The notes under the pieces were generated by a model that was not told where the DNA came from, ran no database searches, and saw only the letters and a list, made by a program, of their open reading frames with translations. A program made the position numbers and the translations under genes. This document shows positions 8,765 to 18,363 of a stretch of DNA of 64,000 nucleotides, piece after piece (positions within the stretch are counted from its first letter, which is position 1; each line of letters starts with the position of its first letter). Source of the DNA: an uncultured Candidatus Binatia bacterium (lineage in GTDB: Bacteria > Desulfobacterota > Binatia > UBA9968 > JAJDTQ01); NCBI GenBank assembly GCA_965215605.1, contig OZ244070.1:2848001-2912000 (forward strand), written 5' to 3'.

Positions 8765-9601
8765 TCATTCCGCCCTCCTTCCGTCATTCCCGCGAAAGCG
8801 GGAATCCAGGGGCGAGGAGCGCCTGCGCTCGGCCACGAGCTGGAACAGCTCCGGATAGAGTGACGGATTGGCGGCGATGACGCCGTTGCGCAGCGTGTCG
8901 GGCTGATTGAAAGCGAAGGGCCGCCCGTCCAGGTCCGTGACCCTGGCCCCGGCTTCCTCCGCCAGCAGCACTCCCGCGCACACGTCCCATTCGTTCTTGG
9001 GCGCCAGGCTTACGGTGAGGTCGGCGCGTCCGCCGGCAAACTCCGCGAGCTTGTGGGCGATGCTGCCTGTCGGCGTGATTTTGATCGTCCCCTCCAACCC
9101 CGCCAAGAGGCCCCTCCGGGTCTCGCTCCGGCTGGCCAGTGCGGTGGCCCCCGCCAGTCCCGGGCGGTCCGATACGCGCACGGGCCGGTCGTTCCGGAAC
9201 GTCCCGGAGCCCTGACGGCAATGGGTCATGCACCCGGTGGCCGGGTTGTACGTCACTGCCACCACCGGCGTCGCGCCGCGCACCAGGGCCACGGACACGG
9301 CAAACTCGTCTATCCCCTTGATGAACTCCACGGTCCCGTCCAGGGGGTCCACGATCCACACCCACTCCCGTTGCAGCCGTTTGCCGTCATCGGATGATTC
9401 CTCCGACAGCCAGCCGGATTCGGGGAAGGCGCCGAGCAGGGCTTCCCGCAACAAGGTGTTGGCCTCGATGTCGGCGGTGGTGACCGGGTTCCCCCCGCCC
9501 TTGTGCCGGATGGTGTATTCCGACGTGTAGAAGGAGAGGAGCTTCTCTCCGGCGTGATGCGCCGCCCCTCGGGCCGTTGCCAGTGCGTTCTCGAGGTTCA
9601 T
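8765..9601 (-). CDS. Inositol monophosphatase/CysQ-family phosphatase
   Basis: LSEE, WIVDPLDGT and WDVCAG motifs. Confidence 0.9.
   Translation of the reverse strand: MNLENALATARGAAHHAGEKLLSFYTSEYTIRHKGGGNPVTTADIEANTLLREALLGAFPESGWLSEESSDDGKRLQREWVWIVDPLDGTVEFIKGIDEFAVSVALVRGATPVVAVTYNPATGCMTHCRQGSGTFRNDRPVRVSDRPGLAGATALASRSETRRGLLAGLEGTIKITPTGSIAHKLAEFAGGRADLTVSLAPKNEWDVCAGVLLAEEAGARVTDLDGRPFAFNQPDTLRNGVIAANPSLYPELFQLVAERRRSSPLDSRFRGNDGRRAE
8783..8809. repeat. Palindromic repeat GTCATTCCCGCGAAAGCGGGAATCCAG (dRS3/RPE-like)
   Basis: ATTCCC-N8-GGGAAT core, with a near-identical copy at 18293-18319. Confidence 0.85.
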
Positions 9602-9670
9602 TTTCCCTGATGTTCGTGATTCGTGAGGACCGCCGGCACGAACTCCGGGTTGGATGTCGCCACGCCGCCC

Positions 9671-10429
9671 TCAGGCCACCCGGATCACCCGCTTGCCTTG
9701 CATGAGCTCGGGGTCGTGGTTGGGGAACGACAACTCCGGGCGCGACGCCGTCTCGAGCGCCCGGTCCAGTGCCACCACCGAGTCCGGCAGGTTGAAGTAC
9801 CATCCCACCGGAAGGCGCTCGCGCAAGTTCCGGTAGGTGTAGGCGATGTCGCCGCACAGCACCGCCTTGCCCGGGGCCGTGTCCACTGCCACCATCTGCG
9901 AGCCCGGGGTGTGGCCGCCGGCCTTGAGCAACTCCACGCCCGGCGCGAGCGCATGGTCCCCGTCCACCAGGGTGACCCGGCCGTCGTCCACCAGCCGTTG
10001 CAGCGCCGGCCGCACCTTGGGGCGCACCAGCTTGTTGAGGTAGTCGAAACGCATCATCGGCCCGGTCCAGAAATCGTACTCGTCCTTCTGGATGACGAAG
10101 TCCGCCTTGGGGAAGAAGTCGAAGCCGGTGAAGTGGTCCACGTGGAAGTGGGTCACGATGACCGTGGCCACGTCTTCCGGCCGGATGCCGATCTCGCCAA
10201 GCAACCGCGCCGGCTCGCGGAACTGGTTCCCCTGGGCCCACTCCGCGGTGACGTAGTCGGGGTGGTAGGCCGTGTCCACCACCACCGGGCCGTCCGGGGT
10301 CTCGATGCACCAGATGATGTAGGGGACCGGCTCGTCCCGCTCGGCGTCGCTGCGGATGCACGGCATGATGCCGGAGTGGCGCCAATTCTCGGCGATGCCG
10401 ACGGTCATGGCAAAGATCTTGTGGTCCAT
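9671..10429 (-). CDS. Metallo-beta-lactamase-fold hydrolase (N-acyl-homoserine lactonase-like)
   Basis: THFHVDH, GHTPGSQ, CGD and terminal HDP. Start at MDHKIF after GGGAGG. Confidence 0.88.
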   Translation of the reverse strand: MDHKIFAMTVGIAENWRHSGIMPCIRSDAERDEPVPYIIWCIETPDGPVVVDTAYHPDYVTAEWAQGNQFREPARLLGEIGIRPEDVATVIVTHFHVDHFTGFDFFPKADFVIQKDEYDFWTGPMMRFDYLNKLVRPKVRPALQRLVDDGRVTLVDGDHALAPGVELLKAGGHTPGSQMVAVDTAPGKAVLCGDIAYTYRNLRERLPVGWYFNLPDSVVALDRALETASRPELSFPNHDPELMQGKRVIRVA

Positions 10430-10850
10430 GAAAGCCTCCCTGTCGCGGCGCGGGTCGCCGTTGGTAACCCTAACAGCGGCACCGCCGGCCGTCCACTGTG
10501 GGGCACAGCCGCCGAACCCGGCACCCGTCCCGACGTCATCTGGTCTGGACGGTCGCAGACGGTGATCCAACACCGCCCGTCCACGCCATCCAGGGCCTTC
10601 GCAGGTCTCCGCTGCGATTCGGCGGCTTGCGGGCGTTGTCGAGGGTGCACTTCCTGACCGACATGTACCCTTGTATGCGCATGCCAGTTGGTAATAGAAC
10701 TTCTCAATAGATCAATCCGGGGGATCATGGATTCGGCAGTCGATGGTAGGTTCCTGCGTGACCATAAGAGGCAGGCTGTGCCCACCATAGCTGTCGTGCT
10801 CCCCGCCGGCTGATCCCGGGTGTCACATCCCAGATTGCCAAGCGGGTTCG

Positions 10851-11492
10851 ATGCATCACACCGACGATTGGTACGCAATTCTGCAGGTTGCCGCCGCCGC
10901 TGAGCCGGAGGTTGTCGAGGCCGCATACAAGCGTCTGGCTCAAAAGTACCATCCGGATGTGAATGCTGATCCCGACGCCACGGCGATCATGCAGCGACTG
11001 AACGAGGCGTATGAGGTCCTGAGCGATCCAAAAAAACGATCCGCCTACGATCGGCAGCGGCGGCGCGAGGCGCGGCAGGCTCAACAGCAACGGCAAGCGC
11101 GAACCGGACCCTCCCCACCACGACCAGATGAGCAGGGTCCCGATATGCGGGACCGGAAGGAACAACACGCACGGGAACAACGATCCTCGGGCGCCCAGTC
11201 GTCAGCGGCGTGGAATCCACATTGGCTCACAGCCTTGCTCACGGCCTTGTTTCGCTTCACAGTCTGGGGACCCGCATGGCCACTGCGATCCTTGGGCGCC
11301 CAGTGGTCAGCGTGGACTCCACATTGGCTCACAGCCCTGACTCGCTTCACAGTCTGGAGCTTGGTGGCGCTCGCCCGCCTATCTCTCCTATTCATTTTTG
11401 TCCTTCTTTTTCTTTATGTCCTTCTAGCCTTTCTTGAAGCTCTACGTGAGGCCATCTTATTCCACCAGAGGATGTCCTGGCTTCTTGGATAG
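10851..11492 (+). CDS. J-domain (DnaJ-like) protein with duplicated segment and C-terminal transmembrane helix
   Basis: WYAILQV...AYKRLAQKYHPD...LNEAYEVLSDPKKRSAYD and a hydrophobic C-terminus. Confidence 0.85.
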   Translation: MHHTDDWYAILQVAAAAEPEVVEAAYKRLAQKYHPDVNADPDATAIMQRLNEAYEVLSDPKKRSAYDRQRRREARQAQQQRQARTGPSPPRPDEQGPDMRDRKEQHAREQRSSGAQSSAAWNPHWLTALLTALFRFTVWGPAWPLRSLGAQWSAWTPHWLTALTRFTVWSLVALARLSLLFIFVLLFLYVLLAFLEALREAILFHQRMSWLLG

Positions 11493-11628
11493 GATGGCGG
11501 CTGAGTTACTTGACGCCATTGGCTGACCATACCCTTACCCGCCAACCCTTTCTTAAGGCTTCGGGCCGGACCGCGCACCCCGCAATGCGGCTCAAAGGCC
11601 GGCGGGCGAGGCTTTGCAGCGGCCAGCC

Positions 11629-11770
11629 CTCCGATACAAAGACGGCGATGTTCAAGGTGCCCAGCGCCAGGACGCCGGCCAATGCCTGCCATGCGATGGC
11701 GTAGGAGCCCGTCGCGTCGACAATGTAACCGAAGGTGGGCGTACCCACCACGGTCCGCGCTCCGGCGGAG
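11629..11770 (-). pseudogene. Remnant of the last two helices of an MFS transporter
   Basis: [33 protein letters not shown] resembles MFS TM11-12 (GxxxDxxGSY). The rest of the gene is absent. Confidence 0.55.
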
Positions 11771-11875
11771 CTACTCCCCGGCGCCGGCCTCGTTTCCCTG
11801 CATCCGGGGCAAGGTGTATAATCCCCCAATGGGGTGCCAGCAGGCCATGGCGGGGAGTGGGCGGAGGGTTTGCCG

Positions 11876-12727
11876 GTGAACGCAGCGCCCGCCGCCCCGG
11901 AGTTGCGGGAGATGCTGTCCGAGGCCTGCGCCATCGTCCGGGAGACCCGCTCTCTCATCGAGGCCGCGCTGGAGAAGGGCTTCACGCACCGCTCCAAGGC
12001 CGACGGCAGCTTCGTGACGGACGTGGATATCGCGGTGGAGGAGAAGGCCCGGACGCTGCTGGCGTCACGCTTCCCGGCCCACCGCATCGTCGGCGAGGAG
12101 CTCCCCGAAGGCGGCGGGGTGCACGAACTCACCTGGGTCATCGATCCCATCGACGGTACCAAGAGCTTCCGGCACGGGGTGCCGTTGTACGGCACGCTGC
12201 TGGCCCTGCTTCACGGCGAGGAGCCGATCCTCGGCGTCATCGACTTGCCCGGGCTGGACAGGATATACAGCGCGGCCAAGGGCCTCGGCGCCCGCTGCAA
12301 CGGCCGGGACGTGACGCTGGAAGACCTGCCCGTAGACGGATCGCTGGAGAAGGAGATCCTCGGCATCGGCGACCGCCAGCAGTTCGTCAGCGCCGGCCGT
12401 CCCGAGGTCTTCGATACGTTGATGCAGGCTCATCCCGCCGTGCGGACCTATACCGACTGCTTCGGCCACGCGCTGGCCCTCCAGGGTGCGGTGGGGGCCA
12501 TGGTGGACTTCGATCTGCGGCTCTGGGATACCATGGCCAGCAAGGTGTTGATGGAGGAGGCCGGCGGCCGTTACGCGTGCTTCCAACGGACCGGCGAGGA
12601 ACTGCGCGACAGCCGTTTCGACGTCATACTGGGCAAGCCCCGGGTCGTGGAATGGGTCCTCGACCGCATCGCCGCCCAAGGGCGCGCTCCGGGCGCCCCG
12701 AAACAAACGCCAGGAGGTATTTCTTGA
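11876..12727 (+). CDS. Inositol monophosphatase family (HisN-like histidinol-phosphate phosphatase)
   Basis: [23 protein letters not shown] and LWD motifs. GTG start after GGAGG. Confidence 0.85.
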   Translation: MNAAPAAPELREMLSEACAIVRETRSLIEAALEKGFTHRSKADGSFVTDVDIAVEEKARTLLASRFPAHRIVGEELPEGGGVHELTWVIDPIDGTKSFRHGVPLYGTLLALLHGEEPILGVIDLPGLDRIYSAAKGLGARCNGRDVTLEDLPVDGSLEKEILGIGDRQQFVSAGRPEVFDTLMQAHPAVRTYTDCFGHALALQGAVGAMVDFDLRLWDTMASKVLMEEAGGRYACFQRTGEELRDSRFDVILGKPRVVEWVLDRIAAQGRAPGAPKQTPGGIS

Positions 12728-13320
12728 AACAGCATGGTGCGGCACTCAAGTGCCTGGTAACCGCAATCGTTCTATTCCTGGGCGCGGCGGCGTCCAGTCC
12801 AACAGCAGAGGGAGGAGACAGGCCTGTGGTAACTTTTTCAACGTCGATGGGTGACATCACGATCGAGTTCCTTTCCGAGGAAGCGCCGATCACCACCAAG
12901 AACTTCCTGGAGTACGTCGATGCCGGCTTCTTCGACGGCACCATCTTCCACCGGGTCATTCCCGGCTTCGTGATCCAGGGCGGCGGCTTCACCGAGGACA
13001 TGAACCAGAAGGATACCCGGGCGCCCATCAAGAACGAGGCCGACAACGGCGTCAAGAACAGCCGGGGCACGCTGTCCATGGCGCGCACGTCGGACATCAA
13101 CAGCGCCACCTCCCAGTTCTTCATCAACCTCAAGGACAATGAGTTCCTCGACCACGGCAGCCGGGACTTCGGCTACGCGGTGTTCGCCAAGGTCGTCGAA
13201 GGCATGGACGTGGTGGACAAGATCGCCGGCGTCAAGACCGGCGACCGGGGCCATCACAGCGACGTGCCGATGGAGCCCGTCGTCACCAACACCGCCCGGC
13301 GGAAGGAGGCCGCGAAGTAG
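12724..13320 (+). CDS. Cyclophilin-type peptidyl-prolyl isomerase with signal peptide
   Basis: [28 protein letters not shown] and GYAVF motifs. TTG start after AGGAGG. Confidence 0.93.
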   Translation: MKQHGAALKCLVTAIVLFLGAAASSPTAEGGDRPVVTFSTSMGDITIEFLSEEAPITTKNFLEYVDAGFFDGTIFHRVIPGFVIQGGGFTEDMNQKDTRAPIKNEADNGVKNSRGTLSMARTSDINSATSQFFINLKDNEFLDHGSRDFGYAVFAKVVEGMDVVDKIAGVKTGDRGHHSDVPMEPVVTNTARRKEAAK

Positions 13321-13341
13321 CCGGGGCGGCCGGGTGTCGAT

Positions 13342-14058
13342 TCACTCTCCGCCGGGCAGTGCCTGACGCCACCGGCCGATGGCTTCCACCACCTCCTGCC
13401 AGATGTCCTCGGGCTCGCGGCCCAGCCGCTTGGGGACGCGGAAGTCGTGGTTGCCGCCCTCGATGATGTGGGTCCGGGTCGGCGCCTGGGCCCGTTCCAG
13501 CACCTCTCCCAGAAGGTCGAGGCGGCAGAAGGGGTCGTTGGTGCCTTCCACGAACAGCATGGGCGCGGTGATCTTCACCAGGTTGTCGGCGCGCAGCTTG
13601 TCGTGGCGCTTGGGCGCGTGTAGCGGGTACCCCAGGAAGACCAGGCCCGCGAGGTTCTGTTCGCCCGCCTCCGCTTCCTTGGCCGCGACGTTGGCGGCGA
13701 TGCGGCCGCCCATGGACTTGCCGCCGATGAAGAGCCGGCCCGGCGCCGGACGAAGGTCGGACCGCACGCGGTCCAGCACGCGTTCGTAGGCGTCTTCCAG
13801 CCGGGCGGCCGGGTCGGGGGCCTTCCGGCCCAGTTCCTTGTAGGGGAAGTTGAACTTCACCGAGAGCCAGCCCGCCCGGGCCAGCGCCTCGTGAAAGAAG
13901 GTCATGAACGGGTGGTGCATGTCCGCTCCGGCGCCGTGGGCGAGGACGATGACGGCGGCCTCGCCGTCGCCGCGGCCTTCCGGCTCCGCCACCACCGCTG
14001 ACACCTCCATGCCCCGGTCCACGGGAATCTTCTCGGTGTGCTGCCGAGGATGGGTCAC
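13342..14058 (-). CDS. Alpha/beta hydrolase (KANL3/Tex30-like)
   Basis: AHGAG, GGKSMGGR, GYPLH, GTNDPF and GGNH. GTG overlaps the panE stop. Confidence 0.87.
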   Translation of the reverse strand: MTHPRQHTEKIPVDRGMEVSAVVAEPEGRGDGEAAVIVLAHGAGADMHHPFMTFFHEALARAGWLSVKFNFPYKELGRKAPDPAARLEDAYERVLDRVRSDLRPAPGRLFIGGKSMGGRIAANVAAKEAEAGEQNLAGLVFLGYPLHAPKRHDKLRADNLVKITAPMLFVEGTNDPFCRLDLLGEVLERAQAPTRTHIIEGGNHDFRVPKRLGREPEDIWQEVVEAIGRWRQALPGGE

Positions 14059-15002
14059 GATGCCGTTCCTCCGAGCCGGCGCGCCGCCTGCAGGTCCTCC
14101 AGCTTCAGCGTGTCGTAGAGGTAGTCGTTGAGGGGCGTGGCGACCCCGTGGACCCGGCCCATGCGCGAGACGTAGCCGCACAGGGAGTCGATTTCGAGAC
14201 GCCGTCCGGCCTCCACGTCATGGCACATGCTGCCCTTGCCGGAGGGGTCCTGTTGCGCCATGAAGCGGTAGTTGGCGGCATCGGACTCCGGCTCCAGCGG
14301 AACCCCCATGGCCAGGGCCAGTTGAAAGACCTCCCGCATCACCTCCCGGGCCATGCGCGCGGTGCCGTCATAGCCGAGGATCTCACCCAGCGGCCGCCGC
14401 GTCAGCGCAGTCATGCCGCTCACCGCGCAGATCAGGATGAACTTGTTCCACAGCTCGACGCGGATGTCGGCGGAGAGGCGCGCGTCCACCTGCCCCTGGC
14501 GCATGGCCTCCACGATCCGCTTCCCTTCGGGGGTGGCACCACCGCCGAGGTTGCCGAACACGATCCGCCGCGGCCCGGCGGTCTGATGAATGCGGCCCGG
14601 CGCGACGATGGCGCTGAAGACGTAGGCGGCTCCCTCCATGACCCGGTGCCCGCCGTACTCCCGGGCCAGCAACTCGCCGTTGTCGACGCCGTTCTGGAGG
14701 GAGATGACCACCGAATCCGGTCCCATCATCGGCCGCATGAAGGGAATCGCCTCGTCGTTGGCGGGCGTCTTGACGCAGTAGAGGATCACGTCGCACGGCC
14801 CGGCCTCGGCCGGATCGTCCGTGAACATCGCGTCGCGCACCTTGAACGCGCCGGGTTCCACCGATTCCACCGCCAAGCCGTGTTGCTTCAAGGCCTGAAG
14901 ATGTTCGCCCCGGGCGATGAAGCACACCGGCAGCCCCGCCCGGGCCAACAGGCCTCCGAAATAACCTCCGACCCCGCCGGTCCCCACGATGCCGAATCGC
15001 AT
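14055..15002 (-). CDS. panE: 2-dehydropantoate 2-reductase family
   Basis: GTGGVGGYFG, VK, LQNG, WNK and SMxxDxxxGRxLEID motifs. Confidence 0.9.
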   Translation of the reverse strand: MRFGIVGTGGVGGYFGGLLARAGLPVCFIARGEHLQALKQHGLAVESVEPGAFKVRDAMFTDDPAEAGPCDVILYCVKTPANDEAIPFMRPMMGPDSVVISLQNGVDNGELLAREYGGHRVMEGAAYVFSAIVAPGRIHQTAGPRRIVFGNLGGGATPEGKRIVEAMRQGQVDARLSADIRVELWNKFILICAVSGMTALTRRPLGEILGYDGTARMAREVMREVFQLALAMGVPLEPESDAANYRFMAQQDPSGKGSMCHDVEAGRRLEIDSLCGYVSRMGRVHGVATPLNDYLYDTLKLEDLQAARRLGGTAS

Positions 15003-15027
15003 GTTCGTCCATGCCTGAAGATCGGAA

Positions 15028-15978
15028 CTACGGCGCCAGCACGATCTTGCCGAAGAACTCGCTGCGCTCCATCAACTCGTGGGCTCGGGCGGCCTCGCTC
15101 AGCGGCAGCACCTCGGACACCACGCCGCGCAGCTTGCGCTCGCTTACCAGCTTCATGACCTCGGGCATGTCCTCGCGCGGCCGCATGGTGGTGCCCATGA
15201 TGGTGAGCTCACGGGTCCAGAGCTGACCCAGGTGAAACTCCACGCGGTGGCCGGCAGTGACCCCGGAGTTGATGAACCGGCCGCCGCGCCGGAGGCTGGC
15301 GAAGCACTCCCGCCACACCGGCGCGCCCACGTGCTCGAAGATCACGTGCACGCCCTCGCCGCCGGTGAACTCCTTCACCTTCTGACTGAATTCGGGGGAT
15401 TCCTTGTAGTTGATGCCCTCGTCGGCGCCCAGCTCGGCGGCCTTGTCGAGCTTCCACTGCGAGCTTGCGGTGGTGATCACCCGGGCGCCCAGCAGCTTGC
15501 AGAGCTGGATGGCACCGCTGCCGATGCCGCTGCCCGCGGCCATGACCAGGACATCCTCGCCGGCCTGGACCTTGGCCCGGACCACCAGCATGCGCCAGGC
15601 GGTGCCGAAGGGCACGGCGATGCACGCGGCCTCCTCGAACGGCATCCATTCCGGGAAGAGGTAGGCGTCGGCGGCTTCCATACGCGCCAGCTCCGCGTAT
15701 CCGCCGCCCCGGCAGCGTCCCAGCACCCGGTCGCCGGCCTTGAAGCCGGTGGTCTCGGCTCCGGCCTCCGCCACCTCGCCCGCTACCTCCAGGCCGGGAA
15801 CGTGGGGCAGCGGCGGCTTGACGCCGTGGCTTCCCTCCCGGGCGAACAGGTCCCGGCGGTTGAGCGCCGCGGCCTTGACCCGGACCAGCAGGTCCGCGGC
15901 GCCGATCTCCGGCTCGGCAACCTCGCCGTAGGTCAGCACTTCCGGGCCGCCGGTTTCGGGGATGTAGACCGCTTTCAT
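15028..15978 (-). CDS. Medium-chain dehydrogenase/quinone oxidoreductase (zeta-crystallin-like)
   Basis: GGPEVL, PGLEVAG, GGYAE, AAGSGIG and GKIVL motifs. Confidence 0.9.
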   Translation of the reverse strand: MKAVYIPETGGPEVLTYGEVAEPEIGAADLLVRVKAAALNRRDLFAREGSHGVKPPLPHVPGLEVAGEVAEAGAETTGFKAGDRVLGRCRGGGYAELARMEAADAYLFPEWMPFEEAACIAVPFGTAWRMLVVRAKVQAGEDVLVMAAGSGIGSGAIQLCKLLGARVITTASSQWKLDKAAELGADEGINYKESPEFSQKVKEFTGGEGVHVIFEHVGAPVWRECFASLRRGGRFINSGVTAGHRVEFHLGQLWTRELTIMGTTMRPREDMPEVMKLVSERKLRGVVSEVLPLSEAARAHELMERSEFFGKIVLAP

Positions 15979-16053
15979 CTTCCTGGTCGCCTCGCTCGCT
16001 GTACGATGGTTCCGGTGGAACTTCTTCCGGCATCCGTCGCGACCGGACGCCGC

Positions 16054-16830
16054 TCAGCAACGCGCCTTCTGCAACTCGTCGAGAAGCTCCGTGTACGCTT
16101 CCTCGCCGCCGCCCTCCCAGCGTTCCAGCAGCGCCGACCCGATGACGGCGATCTCGCAGCTTCCGTGAAGCTTTCGCACGTCGTTGCCGCCGGCGATGCC
16201 GAAGCCCAGGGCCAGGGGCACGTCGGTGGCCGCGCGGTAGCGGGCTATCAGCGGGCCGATGCCGGCCTTCAGGTCGGTGCGCTTGCCGGTGACGCCGCGC
16301 CGCGCCACGCCATAGACGAACCCCTGGCCGCGGCGGCCGATCTCGGCCAGACGCGCATCGGAGTTGGTGGGCGTGAACAGCGCGATGGGGTTCAACCCGT
16401 GCTCGTCGCTCAGGCGGAAGAGGTCGTGGTACTCCTCGATGGGGAGGTCGGGGACGATGAACCCCGCGGCTCCGGACCGGCTCAGGCGTTCGCAGAAAGT
16501 GCGGTGGGTGAGCCGGAACACGGTGTTGTAATACCCCATCATCAGGTGCGGAAACCCGAACCGTTCGGTGGCCCTTGCCATGAAATCGAAGTACTGGTCG
16601 ACGGAAAGGCCCTGCCTGAGGGCCTCCTGGTTGGCCCGGGCGAACACCGGCCCGTCGGCGATGGGCTCGCTGAAGGGCATCTGCAACTCCACCAAGTCCA
16701 CGTCCGCCCGCTCCATCCGCTCCAGCATGCGCCAGTTCACGTCGAGGGACGGATAGCCCACGATGACGTGGGTCATCAGCAGGATCTTCCGCGAAACGAG
16801 GCGGCTCTGTATGTAGGCGTGCAGATTCAC
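16054..16830 (-). CDS. trpA: Tryptophan synthase alpha chain
   Basis: GYPS, ELQMPFSEPIADGP, PDLP, RRGVTG and GFGI. GTG overlaps the trpB stop. Confidence 0.95.
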   Translation of the reverse strand: MNLHAYIQSRLVSRKILLMTHVIVGYPSLDVNWRMLERMERADVDLVELQMPFSEPIADGPVFARANQEALRQGLSVDQYFDFMARATERFGFPHLMMGYYNTVFRLTHRTFCERLSRSGAAGFIVPDLPIEEYHDLFRLSDEHGLNPIALFTPTNSDARLAEIGRRGQGFVYGVARRGVTGKRTDLKAGIGPLIARYRAATDVPLALGFGIAGGNDVRKLHGSCEIAVIGSALLERWEGGGEEAYTELLDELQKARC

Positions 16831-18074
16831 CGGCCGGCTTTCCGTTCGAGGAACCGTTGCCAGCCGGGGTCGTTCAACGCCTCGGCGATGGTGAAGATGT
16901 CCTTGTCGCCGCGGCCGGACAGGGTGACCAGGACGTTCGTGCCGCGGCCCATGCCCGGCGCCTCCCGGATGGCCCCGGCGACGGCATGGGCGCTCTCCAG
17001 CGCGGCGATGATGCCTTCCCGGCGCAGCAGCGTCTGGAACGCCGCCAGCACCTCTTCGTCGGTGGCCGCCTCGAACCGGGCCCGCCCGCTCTCCCGCAGG
17101 CAGGCCAGGATCGGGCTTACCCCGATGTAGTCCAGTCCGGCGGCCACGGAGTGGGTGTGGCGCATCTGCCCTTCCTCGTCCTGGAGGAAGTAGGTCTTGT
17201 ACCCCTGGGCCACGCCGGGACTGCCGCCGGCGCCGGCCAGCCGGGCGGCGTGCCGCCCCGAGTCGAGCCCTTCGCCGCCCGCCTCGATGCCCACCAGCTC
17301 CACTTCGGCGTCGTCGACGAAACCCAGGAACGTGCCGGTGGCGTTGGAGCCGCCGCCGACGCAGCAGTACACCCGGTCCGGCAACCGGCCGGTGGCGGCG
17401 AGCATCTGCTCGCGGCACTCCTGACCGATGATCTGCTGGAACCAGGCGACCATCTGCGGGAACGGGTGCGGGCCGCAGGCGGTTCCCAGCACGTAGTGGG
17501 TGTCGTCCATGGAAAAGGCCCAGTCCCGCAGGCACTGGTTGATGGCGTCCTTGAGGGTGGCCGAGCCGTCCTCCACCGACACCACCTTGGCTCCGAGGCG
17601 TTCCATCCAGAAGACGTTGGGGCGCTGTCGCTCCACGTCCACCGCGCCCATGTAGATGGTGCAGTCGAGCCCCAGCCGCGCGGCCATGGTGGCGGTGGCG
17701 ACGCCGTGCTGCCCGGCGCCGGTCTCGGCGATGACGCGCTTCTTGCCCATGCGCGTCACCAGCAGCCCCTGGCCCATGACGTTGTTGATCTTGTGTGAGC
17801 CGGTCTGGTTGAGATCTTCCCGCTTCATGTAGATCGCGGGACCCCCCAGCGCTTCGCTCAGGTTCTTGAGATGGGTAATGGGCGTGGGCCGGCAGGAGTA
17901 TGTCTGCATCACCTCCTGGAACTCCTCCCAGAACGACGGGTCCTTGCGCGCCTCGGCGAAGGCGGCGATCAACTCGTCCAGAGTCGTGCGCAGGATCTCC
18001 GGCGTGAATGCGCCGCCGTAGGCGCCGAAGTAGCCGGTGCGCTCTTCCACGTTTTTCAGAAGGCTGTCCAGCAT
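16827..18074 (-). CDS. trpB: Tryptophan synthase beta chain
   Basis: KREDLNQTGSHKINN (PLP lysine), AETGAGQHG, GGGSN, AGLDY and LSGRGDKD. Confidence 0.97.
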   Translation of the reverse strand: MLDSLLKNVEERTGYFGAYGGAFTPEILRTTLDELIAAFAEARKDPSFWEEFQEVMQTYSCRPTPITHLKNLSEALGGPAIYMKREDLNQTGSHKINNVMGQGLLVTRMGKKRVIAETGAGQHGVATATMAARLGLDCTIYMGAVDVERQRPNVFWMERLGAKVVSVEDGSATLKDAINQCLRDWAFSMDDTHYVLGTACGPHPFPQMVAWFQQIIGQECREQMLAATGRLPDRVYCCVGGGSNATGTFLGFVDDAEVELVGIEAGGEGLDSGRHAARLAGAGGSPGVAQGYKTYFLQDEEGQMRHTHSVAAGLDYIGVSPILACLRESGRARFEAATDEEVLAAFQTLLRREGIIAALESAHAVAGAIREAPGMGRGTNVLVTLSGRGDKDIFTIAEALNDPGWQRFLERKAGR

Positions 18075-18201
18075 TGTTCCGAGGACTCACACGCAAGGAG
18101 GAGGTGGCTTCCCGAGGCCCACGCTTACGGAAGGTTTAAGGAGACTTGGCAGTTAAGTCAAACAGCGTGGGGTCCAAGGATGCGGTGTAGGTGCTATTAT
18201 A
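18075..18201 (-). promoter_or_regulatory. Putative -10 box and structured trpB leader
   Basis: TATAAT at 18201-18196. An 8-bp stem (18118-18125/18164-18171) encloses a GACTT/AAGTC hairpin. Confidence 0.4.
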
Positions 18202-18292
18202 GAACAAGAGCCACAAATTGGAGCGATAAATCAGAGTTCATGAATTACAGCCACAATTTACAGCCGCAATTCGTCGTTTCCGGCCCCCCTCC

Positions 18293-18319
18293 GTCATTCC
18301 CGCGCAAGCGGGAATCCAG
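18293..18319. repeat. Second dRS3/RPE-like palindromic repeat
   Basis: GTCATTCCCGCGCAAGCGGGAATCCAG, one difference from 8783-8809. Confidence 0.85.
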
Positions 18320-18363
18320 GTGGGGCGGCAGACGGCCTTGCCGTGAACGAAGGGAGCCCACTC

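Noticed and set aside
10430-10660. Hairpins and GGAGACCTGC upstream of the MBL hydrolase, suggesting a cobalamin riboswitch
   Set aside because: The other conserved cobalamin-riboswitch blocks are absent, and GC-rich hairpins arise by chance here.
18143-18159. 5-bp stem with 7-nt loop resembling a tRNA anticodon arm
   Set aside because: The loop lacks the U-turn consensus, and no D or T arms are present.
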